This document shows positions 51,564 through 63,320 of a stretch of 64,000 bases of DNA, piece by piece. Origin of the DNA: Octopus sinensis (taxonomy: Eukaryota); assembly GCF_006345805.1 (NCBI RefSeq), contig NC_043000.1, forward strand, positions 67,580,001-67,644,000, in the 5' to 3' direction. The notes beneath the pieces were generated by a model. That model did not search any database, was not told where the DNA came from, and worked only from the letters and a program-made list of their open reading frames with translations. The position numbers were made by a program, and so were the translations under genes. Within the stretch, counting starts at the first letter, position 1; every line of letters starts with the position of its first letter.

Positions 51564-54500
51564 GTAAAAAGTGAAAAAACTACAGAAGGCTTGTTTTAAA
51601 AGGTTAAAAAATATATTTGAGTCATTATGTCCGAAGAATGTTATAAAATTTTTTCATACAGTGACATAGTATTTGAAGAAATTACCGGTTCGTGTTAACT
51701 TTTCAAATTTCTTAAAACATCGTGTTATGGCTTCGTTATGAAGTGTAAAGAAGAGTTCCAGGTAAGGGGAGGTAATAAGTGATTTCTTCCGGTGTAAGGG
51801 AGATAATCACTTTATATTTCTTGTCCCTTTTATTTAATGGGGTGAGTTTCTCTGTATAAGAATGTTAGAGTGGTTAAGTTTGGGCTTATATTTTTCAATG
51901 AAGAATGTTTCCTTGTTTAGTCTAATTTGTGTTGGTGTTTCAATAGCACATTGATAAAATGGAAAGATTAAAAATTGTGGTAGTAGTTGCTTTGCGCATT
52001 TCTCAATATGCTCACTAAAGGGTATCATTCTGTATTCTGGGAATGCAATCTGTTGTCGATGCAGTGTGCATCTACGTCTGAGTGATAGTCCCGTGGACCC
52101 CACGTAGTTTTGGTGGCAGCCCGAGCATCTTATGACATAAATTGTGTTTTCAGAAGCACAAGTAAAATTAGATTTGATCTGGAATTTTTGTCCTTCTTTG
52201 AAGAGGAATTCTGATCTTTCTAGAAGGTTTGGGCATGTTGCGCAGTATGGTCTACCACATTTTTTTACTTTTGCATCCATAATTTCAGAAAACAATTTTG
52301 CCTTTGTAAGCATCTTTTTAAGTGATTTAGGTTGTTTGTAGCTTTTAATGATTTTATGTATGTTTAGAATTTCCTTTAATTTGGGGTCCTTATGAAGTAT
52401 TGGTAAATTCTGGGTGGTGATGGAGAAGGCTTCTTTGTTTCTGGGGTTGTATGTAGATATGTAAGGCAGTATTTTCGGGGAAGGTGTGTTGTTGTGTTGA
52501 AATTTTCTCAAAGTTTCTATGTCGATTTCTGTTGCACGTCTGATCCCATCCTCTATGAGTTGAGCTGGGTAGTGTCTGTCAATTAGGGTGTTTTTGAGTT
52601 CTTGTAGTCTAAAGTTCCTGGTATTTTGTTCTGACACTATTGTGCATATCCTTCTTGCAAGGTTGAAAGGGATGTTTGTTTTAGTGTGTCTTGGGTGGCA
52701 TGAATCAAAAAGTAGGTATTGTTTAGCGTCTGTGGCTTTGTAAAAAATGTCTGTTTCTATTTTTAAGGTTAATTTTTTTAATTAGAATATCTAAGAATGG
52801 AAGCTCTTTTTGGTTGTATTCCATTGTGAACTGTATATTTGGGCTGATGCTGTTCAATAGGTTTTTGAATTTTAGGTGCTTATCTGTGTTTTCATTCCAG
52901 AGTATAAAACAATCGTCCAGGAATCGTCTCCAATTCTCTTTTATGTATTGAGAGAGGGGGTTTCCAAAGGTCGATAAAGATTCCTGGTAAACAATTATTT
53001 CCAGGTAGCCCATTGTTAGGTTCGCAATGACTGGTGCTGCCCTTGTACCCATAGCAATTCCGGATCTTTGACGGTAAAATGTATTGTCAAACATGAAGTG
53101 GTTATTATGTAGGATGAATTCAACCGATTTAGTAATGAATTCTTTACTCATCCTTTTTGGTATTTCTTCTGGAAATTGGTCCAGCCAGAACTGTATTGCC
53201 TCTAGTCCATAATTATGAGGTATACTGGTATATAAATTAACTACATCAAATGAAACCATGATTGTTTCTTCCTTGACTTTTTTTGGAAGGTGGTTTAACA
53301 TATCCAAGTCATCTCTGATATGACTATCGATATGTTTAAGGAAGGGTTTCAGGAGGATGTCCATAAATAGATTTAATTTGTGTGTTTCACAGGTTGGGCC
53401 AGCTACAATGGGTCGTAGTTTTAGGTCCCCCGGGTTATGTGTGTGTATGTCTTTGGTGAGTTTTTAATGGTTTCATTTATAATTTGGCTTTTATGTATTT
53501 TTGGCAGACCATAGAAGAGGCTAGGCTTGCATTTAAAGTTTGTTAGAAAGTCAATCTCTTTGGTTGTTAGTTCCTTTTCATGGGTTTTAATTAGTGAAGA
53601 TAGAGTTTTCATTATTTTTTGCGGGGTGTAGTTGGTGATTTTTTCATAATGTTGATCGTCATCAAGCAAGGAAATTACAAGATTTCTATAGTATGATGTA
53701 TCCATTATTACAACTGCACTTCCTTTGTCTGCTTCCTTAATGGTTATATCTTCATCATTTTGAAGTTCTATCAGTTCCTTCCATTGTACAGTGTTAAAAT
53801 TTGAGTTAACTGTCTGTTTATGTATAGTATGGTAGGGAAAGTTCTCAATGTGGCTGCAGAACTCGTCAAGATCTTTATTTCTTCCTCTGTGGGGGATGTG
53901 TTCACTTTTGTTCTTGACTAGTGATTCATCTTCAGTATTGAAACTGGTTGATGCTTCTGCTAGTCTTAATTTTCTGCAGAATTCTGTTATATTATCCTTG
54001 ATTTCATTTAGGTTGGCTCTGCGTGGAGTTGGCGTAAATTTGAGCCCTTTTGAGAGGATGTCAATTTTTATGTTAGAGAGAGGTTTGGTTGAAAGGTTGA
54101 TTATCTTCGGTTTTTCCTTATTACTAGGTTCCAGCCTGTTTCCTGGTGTCTCTGGTCCCGGGCTAAAAAATGTTGGGTGTAATTTTGTTTGTATGAGTTG
54201 TCTGTGAGGTTGTGTGATATTGGTTCGGGGAAACGGTGGTATTGTTGCCTCCGATTGTTGTGTGTGTGGTTGTTTTCGTTTGTGGTGTGTGTAGAATTTC
54301 TGTATGTGATATATTTTTGTTTCGAATTGCTTGTATGTGGGATGTTGCTTGACTTAGTGTTTTTTTGCGTTTGTCTTGTGTTCGGTGGGGACCAGTAATT
54401 TTGGTTCATGGGGTAGTAGCGACTTGTGTGTGGTGTATTTCTTATTCTAGTGTTATTTTGTGCTGTTATGTGGTGGTTGGGTCTGGTATTAGGATGTTGT

Positions 54501-55003
54501 TGGCGTGTTCTGTTCTTGGTGTAATCTATTTCATAGACGCGTTGTCTGTCAGCTTGTTCCCTGTTAAGTCTTGCGTGGTTCGAAAATGTTGGTTGTCGGT
54601 GATTTCTGTTTCTAGTGTATGGAGGATAATTGGGGGTAGTTTGTGGGTTGTTCGGTTTTTCTTTTTTATTTTTTGTAATTTTCTTAAGAAAGGGATTATC
54701 TGTACCCAATTCATTTTTGAAAATTGACGTATAACTTTGGAAGAAATCGTTGCTTTTTTCCCAGCGTAGGAGAGAATTTCTTTCTTCCTTTTCACAGATT
54801 TCCTTCCAATGATTTAGGGTATTTTCGAGGGGTTGTTCCTCGGTTCGTTTCTGTATTTCATTATGCATCTCCTCGTCGATGCTTTTATATTTTTCCTCAT
54901 TTGTGGAGGCCCTAAGTTTTAGTAGTTCTATTTCTGATTTTAAATTGAATATTTTCTATTTTCTATATATTCAACCACGTGCTTTCACACACCAACTTTC
55001 TCA

Positions 55004-55005
<2 letters not shown>
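51561..55005 (-). mobile_element. Penelope-like element, tandem unit 2
   Basis: Near-identical repeat of 48021-51465 (period about 3540 bp); RT split by a 1-nt insertion near 52759; hammerhead copy 51676-51713 lacks one A of GAAA. Confidence 0.95.
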
Positions 55006-55044
<39 letters not shown>

Positions 55045-55059
55045 TATATATAATTAATA

Positions 55060-56148
55060 ATATCAGGGTAATAAAGATTTTAGAAATTTTTACTACCAGT
55101 GGCTTAGCGTAAAAAAAATTAGTCAATAGAGTATATATTATTCATATAAAATACAGAGTACACTAAAACACATTAAGAGGCTTCCATCATAGGAACCCTT
55201 TACGCTAGAAAGAACAGTTAAAGTCCAAACCACTAATTAGGGATAAATTCTTGAAGGGAACGAAAAATTAAAACATTTACCATCTAATTCTTGGACCATG
55301 GTTTCTGACTTATTTTAGTAAATAAAAATTATTATTTTCCAGGGACGCCATAGATCATATATATATAAACAACGAGGCCAATCCAACATGTGTCTCATTG
55401 GTTGCACATTTTAATTTTTTTCAAATCCACTGCGCAAGCGCAGTCTTTTTTGTCGGCAGCAGGAAAATGCTGGCAAAATCTTCGAACGAATCTACCAGAA
55501 AACATTATACACAATAAATTATATCGGAGTAATACAGATTTTAGAAATTTTTACTACCAGTGATCTAGCGTAAAAAAATTAGTCAATAGACTATATATTA
55601 TTCATATAAAATACAATGTACATTAAAACACATTAAGAGGCTTCCATCATAGGAATCCTTTACGCTAGAAAGAACAGTTAAAATCCAAACCACTAATTAA
55701 GGATAGATTCTCGAAGGGAATGAAAAATAAAAACATCTACCATCTAATTCCTGGACCATGGTTTCTGACTTATTTTAGTAAATAAAAATTATTATTTACC
55801 AGGCGAAGTCTTTATCAACAGTCTTCATCAACAAGTCTTCATCAACAAATTTGCTAGACGCGAGCATAGAGTGAATAGGTAGGCTTCTACTTGAATCACA
55901 GTTGCAATGATTATATCTTTTAACTCCTTGGCAAATTGTTGATGAAGACTTCACCTGGTAAATGATAATTTTTATTTACTAAAATAAGTCAGAAACCATG
56001 GTCCAGGAATTAGATGGTAAATGTTTTTATCTTTCATTCCCTTCGAGAATTTATCCCTAATTAGTGATTTAGACCTTAACTGTTCTTTCTAGCGTAAATG
56101 ATTCCTATGATGGAAGCCTCTTAATGTGTTTTAATGTACACTGTATTT
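55060..56148. mobile_element. Non-coding PLE-like pseudo-LTR structure: direct repeats (about 55069-55342 and 55529-55803) plus an inverted copy (55931-56148)
   Basis: Direct and inverted copies of a ~270-bp unit between TA tracts; hammerhead-like motif at 55936-56006. Confidence 0.65.
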
Positions 56149-56174
56149 CATATACATACATACATGTATATATA

Positions 56175-56251
<77 letters not shown>

Positions 56252-56261
56252 ATATATACAG

Positions 56262-56520
56262 GATGATTATGATTACCAGGGTATAAGTTTGTTGTCAGCT
56301 GTGGACGAAGTTTTTATACCCATTTAACAAATTCGCTAGACGTGGATATAGAGTGAACAGGCAGGCTTCTACTTGAATCACAGTTGCAATGATTACATTT
56401 TTTAACTCCTTTGCAAATTACAGAACATAATCTATGTTAGTGACGACAAATTTATCGATTTCGCAAACTACCTTTGATAGTGAAGACAGTCAGGTACTTT
56501 GAATATCCCTTGAAGCTGAA
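56262..56520 (+). mobile_element. Decayed RTE-like reverse transcriptase fragment
   Basis: DYQGISLLSAVDEVF...SEQAGF..NHSCNDYIF matches the YRGISLL / QAGFR..RSC.D.IF RT blocks. Confidence 0.6.
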
Positions 56521-57279
56521 AGTGTATCAAGCAATTTCATCTGCTGATTACTAGTGCATAACTATTAGGCTAATGTACTCATTGTCTAGTATAGTCAAAA
56601 TTGAAGAGTAAACAGCCAGTTATTTCCAAATTTAAATAGCATTTTATCGTCTTAATAAAAAAAATGATATATTTGATGAAACATGCAATATGCTGAAAAT
56701 AAAGCTGGATATGTTGACTATTGGAGTGACTTTGAGCACAGTTCTGCTTGATCAGAGCTGAACTAAGATATGTGAGGAGTGATTTATTGTTACAGCAATC
56801 GCCAAGCCTCACAGTCCATGTTGCTACATGCACAAGGACTCCTAAATAACGAGACCTTATAACAACAGCATTGGACAACACTAGACAGTTCATTCCAGAC
56901 AAATATTTTAAACATATGCACACCAAAATGGTAGTAGCATTAGTAGTATAGTCAAAATTAAAGAGTAAATATCTAGTTATTTTCAAATTCGAACAGACTA
57001 GACAGCATCGTATCCGCTCACCTTTATTATTCAATAAAATCATCGATGCAAGAATGAATAACGTGACCAACTCTGATGTGTCATTTTGGTCAAAATGGAT
57101 TTATCTTAAAACGTATGCTGATGATGCAGCACTTTATCAAAAATATAGCTTAGTAATTTTGTCTTAATATCAGTTATGATATCTCGATTGCAAGTAGCAG
57201 CTCCAGGAACTGTAACACATTTATCAAAATATAAAACCATTGAGGAAATAGTGTGTATTGCAAATAAATCTTTTATCTG

Positions 57280-57560
57280 TTATCTTTTACTTGCTTCAGC
57301 CATTAGAATGAATCGACCCCAGGACTTAGTCTTTTAATGTTACGGGAAATATAAACACCAGCACCAGTTCTCAAGAGGTGGTGGAGAGCAAATACAGACA
57401 TAAAGACACACCCACACACACACCCACACACACACACACACACACATAAGCGACGGGCTTCTTTCAGTTTCCGTCAACCAAATCCACACACAAAGCTTTG
57501 GTCGATCCGAGGCTACAGTAGAAGACACCCAATGTACCATGCAGTGGGACTGAACTCGAC
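57280..57560 (-). mobile_element. SINE family B (partial)
   Basis: Homologous to 7390-7812. Confidence 0.8.
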
Positions 57561-57673
57561 TCCGTCCATTTTCTTTTCATGTTTTTGGCCGTTAATGAAC
57601 TGACCAGCTCACTATCATCACTATCGCCATCAACTCCCTCTGTTATCATCATCATCATCATCATTGTTATTGC

Positions 57674-57728
<55 letters not shown>

Positions 57729-58238
57729 GAGTGAGAAAGCAGTTCATGCCATCAAAGTGACACTGGGGTAAAATATACGAAGCCCAATATACCCATCATG
57801 ACTACCCGTCTGATAAAGGTACACCAGGCACATGCATCACAACCATATGTGCGCGACATGGTGATCTCATATCAAGATAAACAGCACATGACCTTGCGGG
57901 TGGGGCCCAGTTAGAATTTTCTTCAGGTTGAGTAGCCCATCCCGCTCAAAAGGTCCCTGAATAAGGATTGTTTAAGGATGTTGAAAGAACCACCCATGTT
58001 TCCAGAGGTGAATTATTCAAACCCCAAAGAATCCCTCTCAACACATGGCTATGATGCTCCCCCACTACTTCTGCTCGTGATCAGAGATGCACATATCGTC
58101 AGCCACTAAGGGAAATGCTCAACTGGTTACGGTCAAACACCTGACAAGCAAATATGTGGTATTGAGCAGAATATTTGCTGTAGCCCATCTTTTATACCAA
58201 GACAAAACAATGTACATGATAACACTTGCAATCAATTA

Positions 58239-58308
<70 letters not shown>

Positions 58309-58403
58309 CATTCAGTAGTTTTATTTTTATAGCGTGCTTTCACTTCACTAGCGAGCGCAGCTCTGTGTGCCTTGGATATGTGCTGTGATTTGTTGTGATG
58401 CTA
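57729..58403 (-). mobile_element. Two non-coding inserts (57729-58235 and 58309-58403) whose 3' ends abut (TAA)n tracts; likely 3' UTRs or non-autonomous partners of TAA-targeting RLE LINEs
   Basis: Complex sequence sandwiched between (TTA)n tracts; the shorter insert has AATAAA just before the (AAT)n on the minus strand. Family assignment is inference. Confidence 0.5.
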
Positions 58404-58409
58404 TTATTA

Positions 58410-58467
<58 letters not shown>

Positions 58468-58527
58468 GGCGGTGACCCGGCAAAATCTTTAGCACACCGG
58501 AGAAAATACTTAGAAACATTTCTTGTC

Positions 58528-60459
58528 CACGTCATCATCACGACTAGGCTGTGCTACCGATCGGCTTGACCGGTTCAAAAGAGGCTGTCAAGGCACGGGT
58601 TTTTGCGTCTCCACCCCATATGCCCGAGGTACGGGGGGACAGTGAACTGTCATGCTCGCCTTCGTGCAATATGTGGAATTGAGGAGAATGATAGCCTATG
58701 TCGAACAGCTGATGTCGGAGACAGAAAGAGTACAGCTATCAGGTGTAGCCGGTCAAAAGCGAATAGAAGGAAGAAAAAGGAAAAACAAAATTATTGAAAA
58801 AAAAGAAACCGGTGGGTTAAATAAAAGGAGATTGACAAGATGAAGGTGGAAAAATGAATTTTGCAGTTGTGGCTGAGGAAAAAAAGTGAAGAAATTTATT
58901 TTAAGAAGGCAGACTTAAAAAAGTACAGGGAAATCCTGCGAAGGGAAGGGCACGAGGTAAAAGTGCTCTTCCTCGTGAAGTCGCAAGGAACACACAAAGA
59001 AAGACAGTAATATACAGAACGTACAGTCTGGAGGCGAAGAAAATGGAAATAGTGACAAAAATGTAAGTAGAGAAGGCTCTGAGACCCATCTGGAAGGATG
59101 TCACCTACCTTGCCAGAGGGAGAAAATACGCTGTGAAGGTGCAATTCGCATACGGGGAGAAGGCCAGGCGATATTCTGTAGCCTCCCTGAAAACGGATGA
59201 GGTAATACTTCTGCCTACCTACCTTGGAAGGTGTGCTTCTAGAGGAAGGATCGAAGAGGTAGATGTCACCTGGCTGGTGGCTGCAATACTGTTGGATGTT
59301 GAAGAGAAGATGGAGGTCCTCCGAGTAACGAGAACGCCACCGAAGAATTAGCAAGGGCAGACCCTGGAAATAATTATCCAGGCTGCACCGGAGGACCTCG
59401 AAAGAATGGTAGACACCATAACTGTGGGAGACGAGGTGATTTTAAGAGTCATAGTGGAGGGCTGGAAGTCCCGTTGCTATAAATGTGGCCAGAAGATCCA
59501 CATAAGAAGGAAATGTACATCGTCAAACGCAGATACACCAGTAGTGTCGCAGGCCCGAGGGAAAGTCGCACCTCCACTTCCTGAAATGACAAGTGGTACA
59601 GGAGGAAGTGTGGAGGAGCTCAGTAATGAGGATGGTAAGGAGGCACAAATAGAGGAAGAGAAAGCAGAAGAATGGAAGGCAGTGAGCCGGAAAAAGAGAA
59701 AAAAGAGAACTCACCATACCCCCGCCCCCGATACCGACACTATAGCCACAAACACACAAATGCCCCAAATTTCACATCCCTCACCTCGTGAAAAAAGTTG
59801 CATTGTTTTCTACAATAAATCAGTCAAGGAATTGTGCGAGGAAATAAAGAATATGGACGAGGCGATAAAAACCGATATTGAAGGGTGTGAGGAAGTGACC
59901 TCGCATGTTAATTGTGTATTAATGGACAGAACTCGCAAGGATTAAGAGTGGATTACAGGACAAATGTAGGTATCTCTAAAAAGAAAATAGATACCAGCGG
60001 ACTGAAGGCAACGGTAAGCTATTATGAACTTTTAAAATATTTTAACATGGAGATATTAATTAATGAAAACAATTGCAGCGTGGATAGTGTTTATAAGCCA
60101 TTTAAGAAACACACAAAAACCGTTAGATTGAAGTGAATCAAATGGTTTTTGTGTGTTTCTTAAATGGCTTATAAACACCTTCCACGCAGCAATTATTTTT
60201 GTTCCAGCACACGATCTCAGATCAGATCACTTGCTATGCAAGTACATCTCCGTAATATATTAAGTAATGATTAAGTGATTAATTGTTTCTAAAAAAGTTT
60301 CAATGAAGTCACTTTGGTTGTGGGGTCCAAGTGATCTTTATTTCAACCATTCATTTTTATACCATATTTCTCATTCGTTTTATTTTTCCCCACCTTAGTG
60401 TTTTTGTCCATCTTTTTACTGTCCCTCTATGTTTAACCCCTTGTAGGCAATAAAGAAAT
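58528..60459 (+). mobile_element. Second, divergent, internally deleted Tx1/L1-like LINE following a SINE-A head (58468-58527)
   Basis: ORF1 remnants (LRPIWKDVTYLARG, LLPTYLG, GQTLEIIIQA, VEGWKSRCYKCGQKIHIRRKC) collinear with 35140-35600; same 3' tail at 60420-60459. Confidence 0.78.
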
Positions 60460-61354
60460 CGTCATTACAATCATCTGAAATGGAGCTGTCAAAGTGCGAT
60501 ATTTGAGCAAATTTGCTATTCAACTTCATAAAAGGACGTAAAGCTGCTGAAACTGCTCGCGATATTAACAAAACGTTTGAAGAGGAAATTACCAGTGTGT
60601 GGTTAACTCGAAAATGGTTTAAACAATTTCGCAGTGCAGACCTGAGCCTTAAAGATCATGAGCGTAGTGGACGCCCATTTGTCATCGATGACGCTCAATT
60701 AAAAGACCGTCGTTGAGAAAGAAAAGTTAGCCAGAAAACTGCATGCAACCATTTGAATGCGATCAGAAAATCAAAAAAGCTCGACAAATGGATACCACAC
60801 GATTTGAATGAAAATCAGAAAATGCGCAGATATGAAATTTGCTCGTCGCTTCTTTTCCGTAATGAGACCGATCCATTTCTCGACCGTATTGTAACTTGCG
60901 ATGAAAAGTGGATTCCCAGCAGTGGTTGCACCAAAATGAAGCACCGAAAACCTCTGAACCCGAGCTCTTCAAAAAGAAGGTTATGGTGACTATTTGATGG
61001 TGTAGTGCTGGACTCATCCACTGTAACTTCTTAAAACCCAGAAAAATCATTACTGTGTCATATTCTACTTGTTTCTTTTTTCTTTTTTAATATTTTTCTA
61101 AAATTTTCGTTGCGTCTTGCAACCTTTTCAATAGTTCAAAAGGTTGCAAGACGCAACGAAAATTTTAGAAAAATAAAAAAGTAATAATAAAGAAATAATT
61201 GGAAATTTTACGGGTAAATGTGTTAAATTATAAGGCACCAAAAGAGAATGACTCTCCCCAGACAAAACGGAATATGCTTCAACACACGAACTCACATAAA
61301 GAATCTTGCAAACCAAATCCCAAAACGAAATATTGTCATGAAATTGCCAAAATG
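60460..61354 (+). mobile_element. Degenerate mariner, same family as 19972-21187, interrupted at about 61057-61325 and truncated
   Basis: WIPHDLNENQKMRRYEICSSL..DEKW; resumes with YCHEIAKM after the insertion. Confidence 0.88.
61098..61134 (-). ncRNA. Minimal hammerhead-like motif with U3-A8 core
   Basis: cta-TTGAAAA-g-gttgc aagac gcaac-GAA-aatt-T-tag; stem I is only 3 bp. Confidence 0.5.
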
Positions 61355-61499
61355 TTTGCGTATGCATGTTTGTGTGTGTGTGTGTGTGTGCGTGTACCTC
61401 TGTCTCCTTGTGTGTGTGGGGGTGGGTGTACTTGTCTGTCCGCATTACCCATGTACCTATCTACCTACTTATCTATCCATTTGCCTACATATCCATTTA

Positions 61500-61619
<120 letters not shown>

Positions 61620-61644
61620 AGGTTTGGAGATGATGTACAGGTAT

Positions 61645-61926
61645 TATATATTAGAAGAAATGAGGTAATCAGAAGATCGGATGGTTTATATTTACAGATA
61701 TTTATTTATATATTACATTTTTTACATATATATATATCATATCACTTAGATCATTAGCGCTTTCTCCATTCTAGTGGGGTTTTCAAAACGAAAACTCCAC
61801 TAGAATGGGAGAAAGCGCTAATGATCTAAGTGATATGATATATATGTAGAAAATGTAATATATAAATAAATATCTGTAAATATAAACCATCCGATCTTCT
61901 GATTACCTCATTTCTTCTAATATATA
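61645..61926. repeat. Long palindrome (~140-bp arms, 5-bp spacer) between TA tracts
   Basis: 61645-61784 is the near-perfect reverse complement of 61790-61926. Confidence 0.92.
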
Positions 61927-62049
61927 TACATATATATATATATATATATTTGCCTACATAACAGCCTACTAACAAATCTACCTGTGCATGTATAAACTGT
62001 TGGTATTGGGGTAACACTATCTTCTATGTATATCTCTTAATTAGTACAG

Positions 62050-62350
62050 GAGATGTTTCATTTATGAGTACATACTCCTGTGATTGTCCGAGTGTTGGGT
62101 CCTTCGGGCGCTTAGATAAAATGCGGATGTCAAGTCGCCATGTTGGTCTTTGGCATGTTGATAGAGTAGAGAGGACTGGGTTTTTTTTTTCATTTTGTCA
62201 TATTGTCTCAAATGTTCATTTAACCTCTCTGCAACGCTACTAGAAGTCTCACCAATGTATGTAATGTTTTCTTTACAAGCACCATCTATGTACCCTATAC
62301 TGTAGACTACATTTCTCGGGGTTAATCTTACATACCATGCAATTTTCATT
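62050..62350 (-). mobile_element. Decayed PLE GIY-YIG endonuclease fragment
   Basis: NVVYSI...C....TYIGETS.S..ERL.EH...S.LY.H....H. Confidence 0.75.
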
Positions 62351-62724
62351 GGTACATGTGGTAATCTTCTTCTTCTTCATCTTCTTCTTCATCATCTTCT
62401 TCTTCATCATCTTCTTCTTCTTCTTCTTCTTCTTTTTCTTCTTCTTCTCCTCCTCCTCCTTCTTCTTCTTCTCCTTCTTTTCACATGCTTTTTATTCTTT
62501 ATATATACATATATATTATTTTTTATTTCCTTTTTTATAATTATTTTATATCCTTTTTTACATTTTTTTATATTCTTTTCTCTTTTCTGTGTATATATTT
62601 TTGTATGTGCACTTGTAAGAAAAAATCTTTTGCTATTTAAGCAACCAGTAAAACGTGCATTTTTCAGTTTTAAAACGGCTACGAGAAGCTTCAAACTCAC
62701 TTTAAACCTTATTAAGATTTTAAA

Positions 62725-62815
<91 letters not shown>

Positions 62816-62944
62816 TCCTTCATTAGAGTAAATTTGTCTTAAAGCTTTCAGAATTCATTTTAGGCACGTTACTGATAGATTTACTCAGTTAAGAAAAATT
62901 GAACGATCAAGAAAAGTAATGCTGCCTTCGTCAGAACCCATGTA

Positions 62945-62981
<37 letters not shown>

Positions 62982-63010
62982 GAAAAATGCACGTTTTACT
63001 GGTTGCTTAA

Positions 63011-63249
63011 AGGCGGCGAGCTGGCAGAAACGTTAGCACGTCGGGCGAAATGCTTAGCGGTATTTCATCTGCCGTTACGTTGTGAGTTCAAATTCCGCCG
63101 AGGTCGACTTTGCCTTTCATCATTTCGGGGTCGATAAATTAAGTACCAGCTACGTAGTGGGGTCGATGTAATCGACTTAATACCTATGTCTGTCCTTGTT
63201 TGTCCCTTCTATGTTTAGCCCTTGTGGGTAATAAAAAAAATTAAAAAAT

Positions 63250-63252
<3 letters not shown>
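63011..63252 (+). mobile_element. SINE family A with Tx1-type tail
   Basis: Full head and core, tail gtccttgtttgtccc..tatgtttagccc..gtgggtaataaa, followed by ggta(ta)n. Confidence 0.88.
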
Positions 63253-63320
<68 letters not shown>

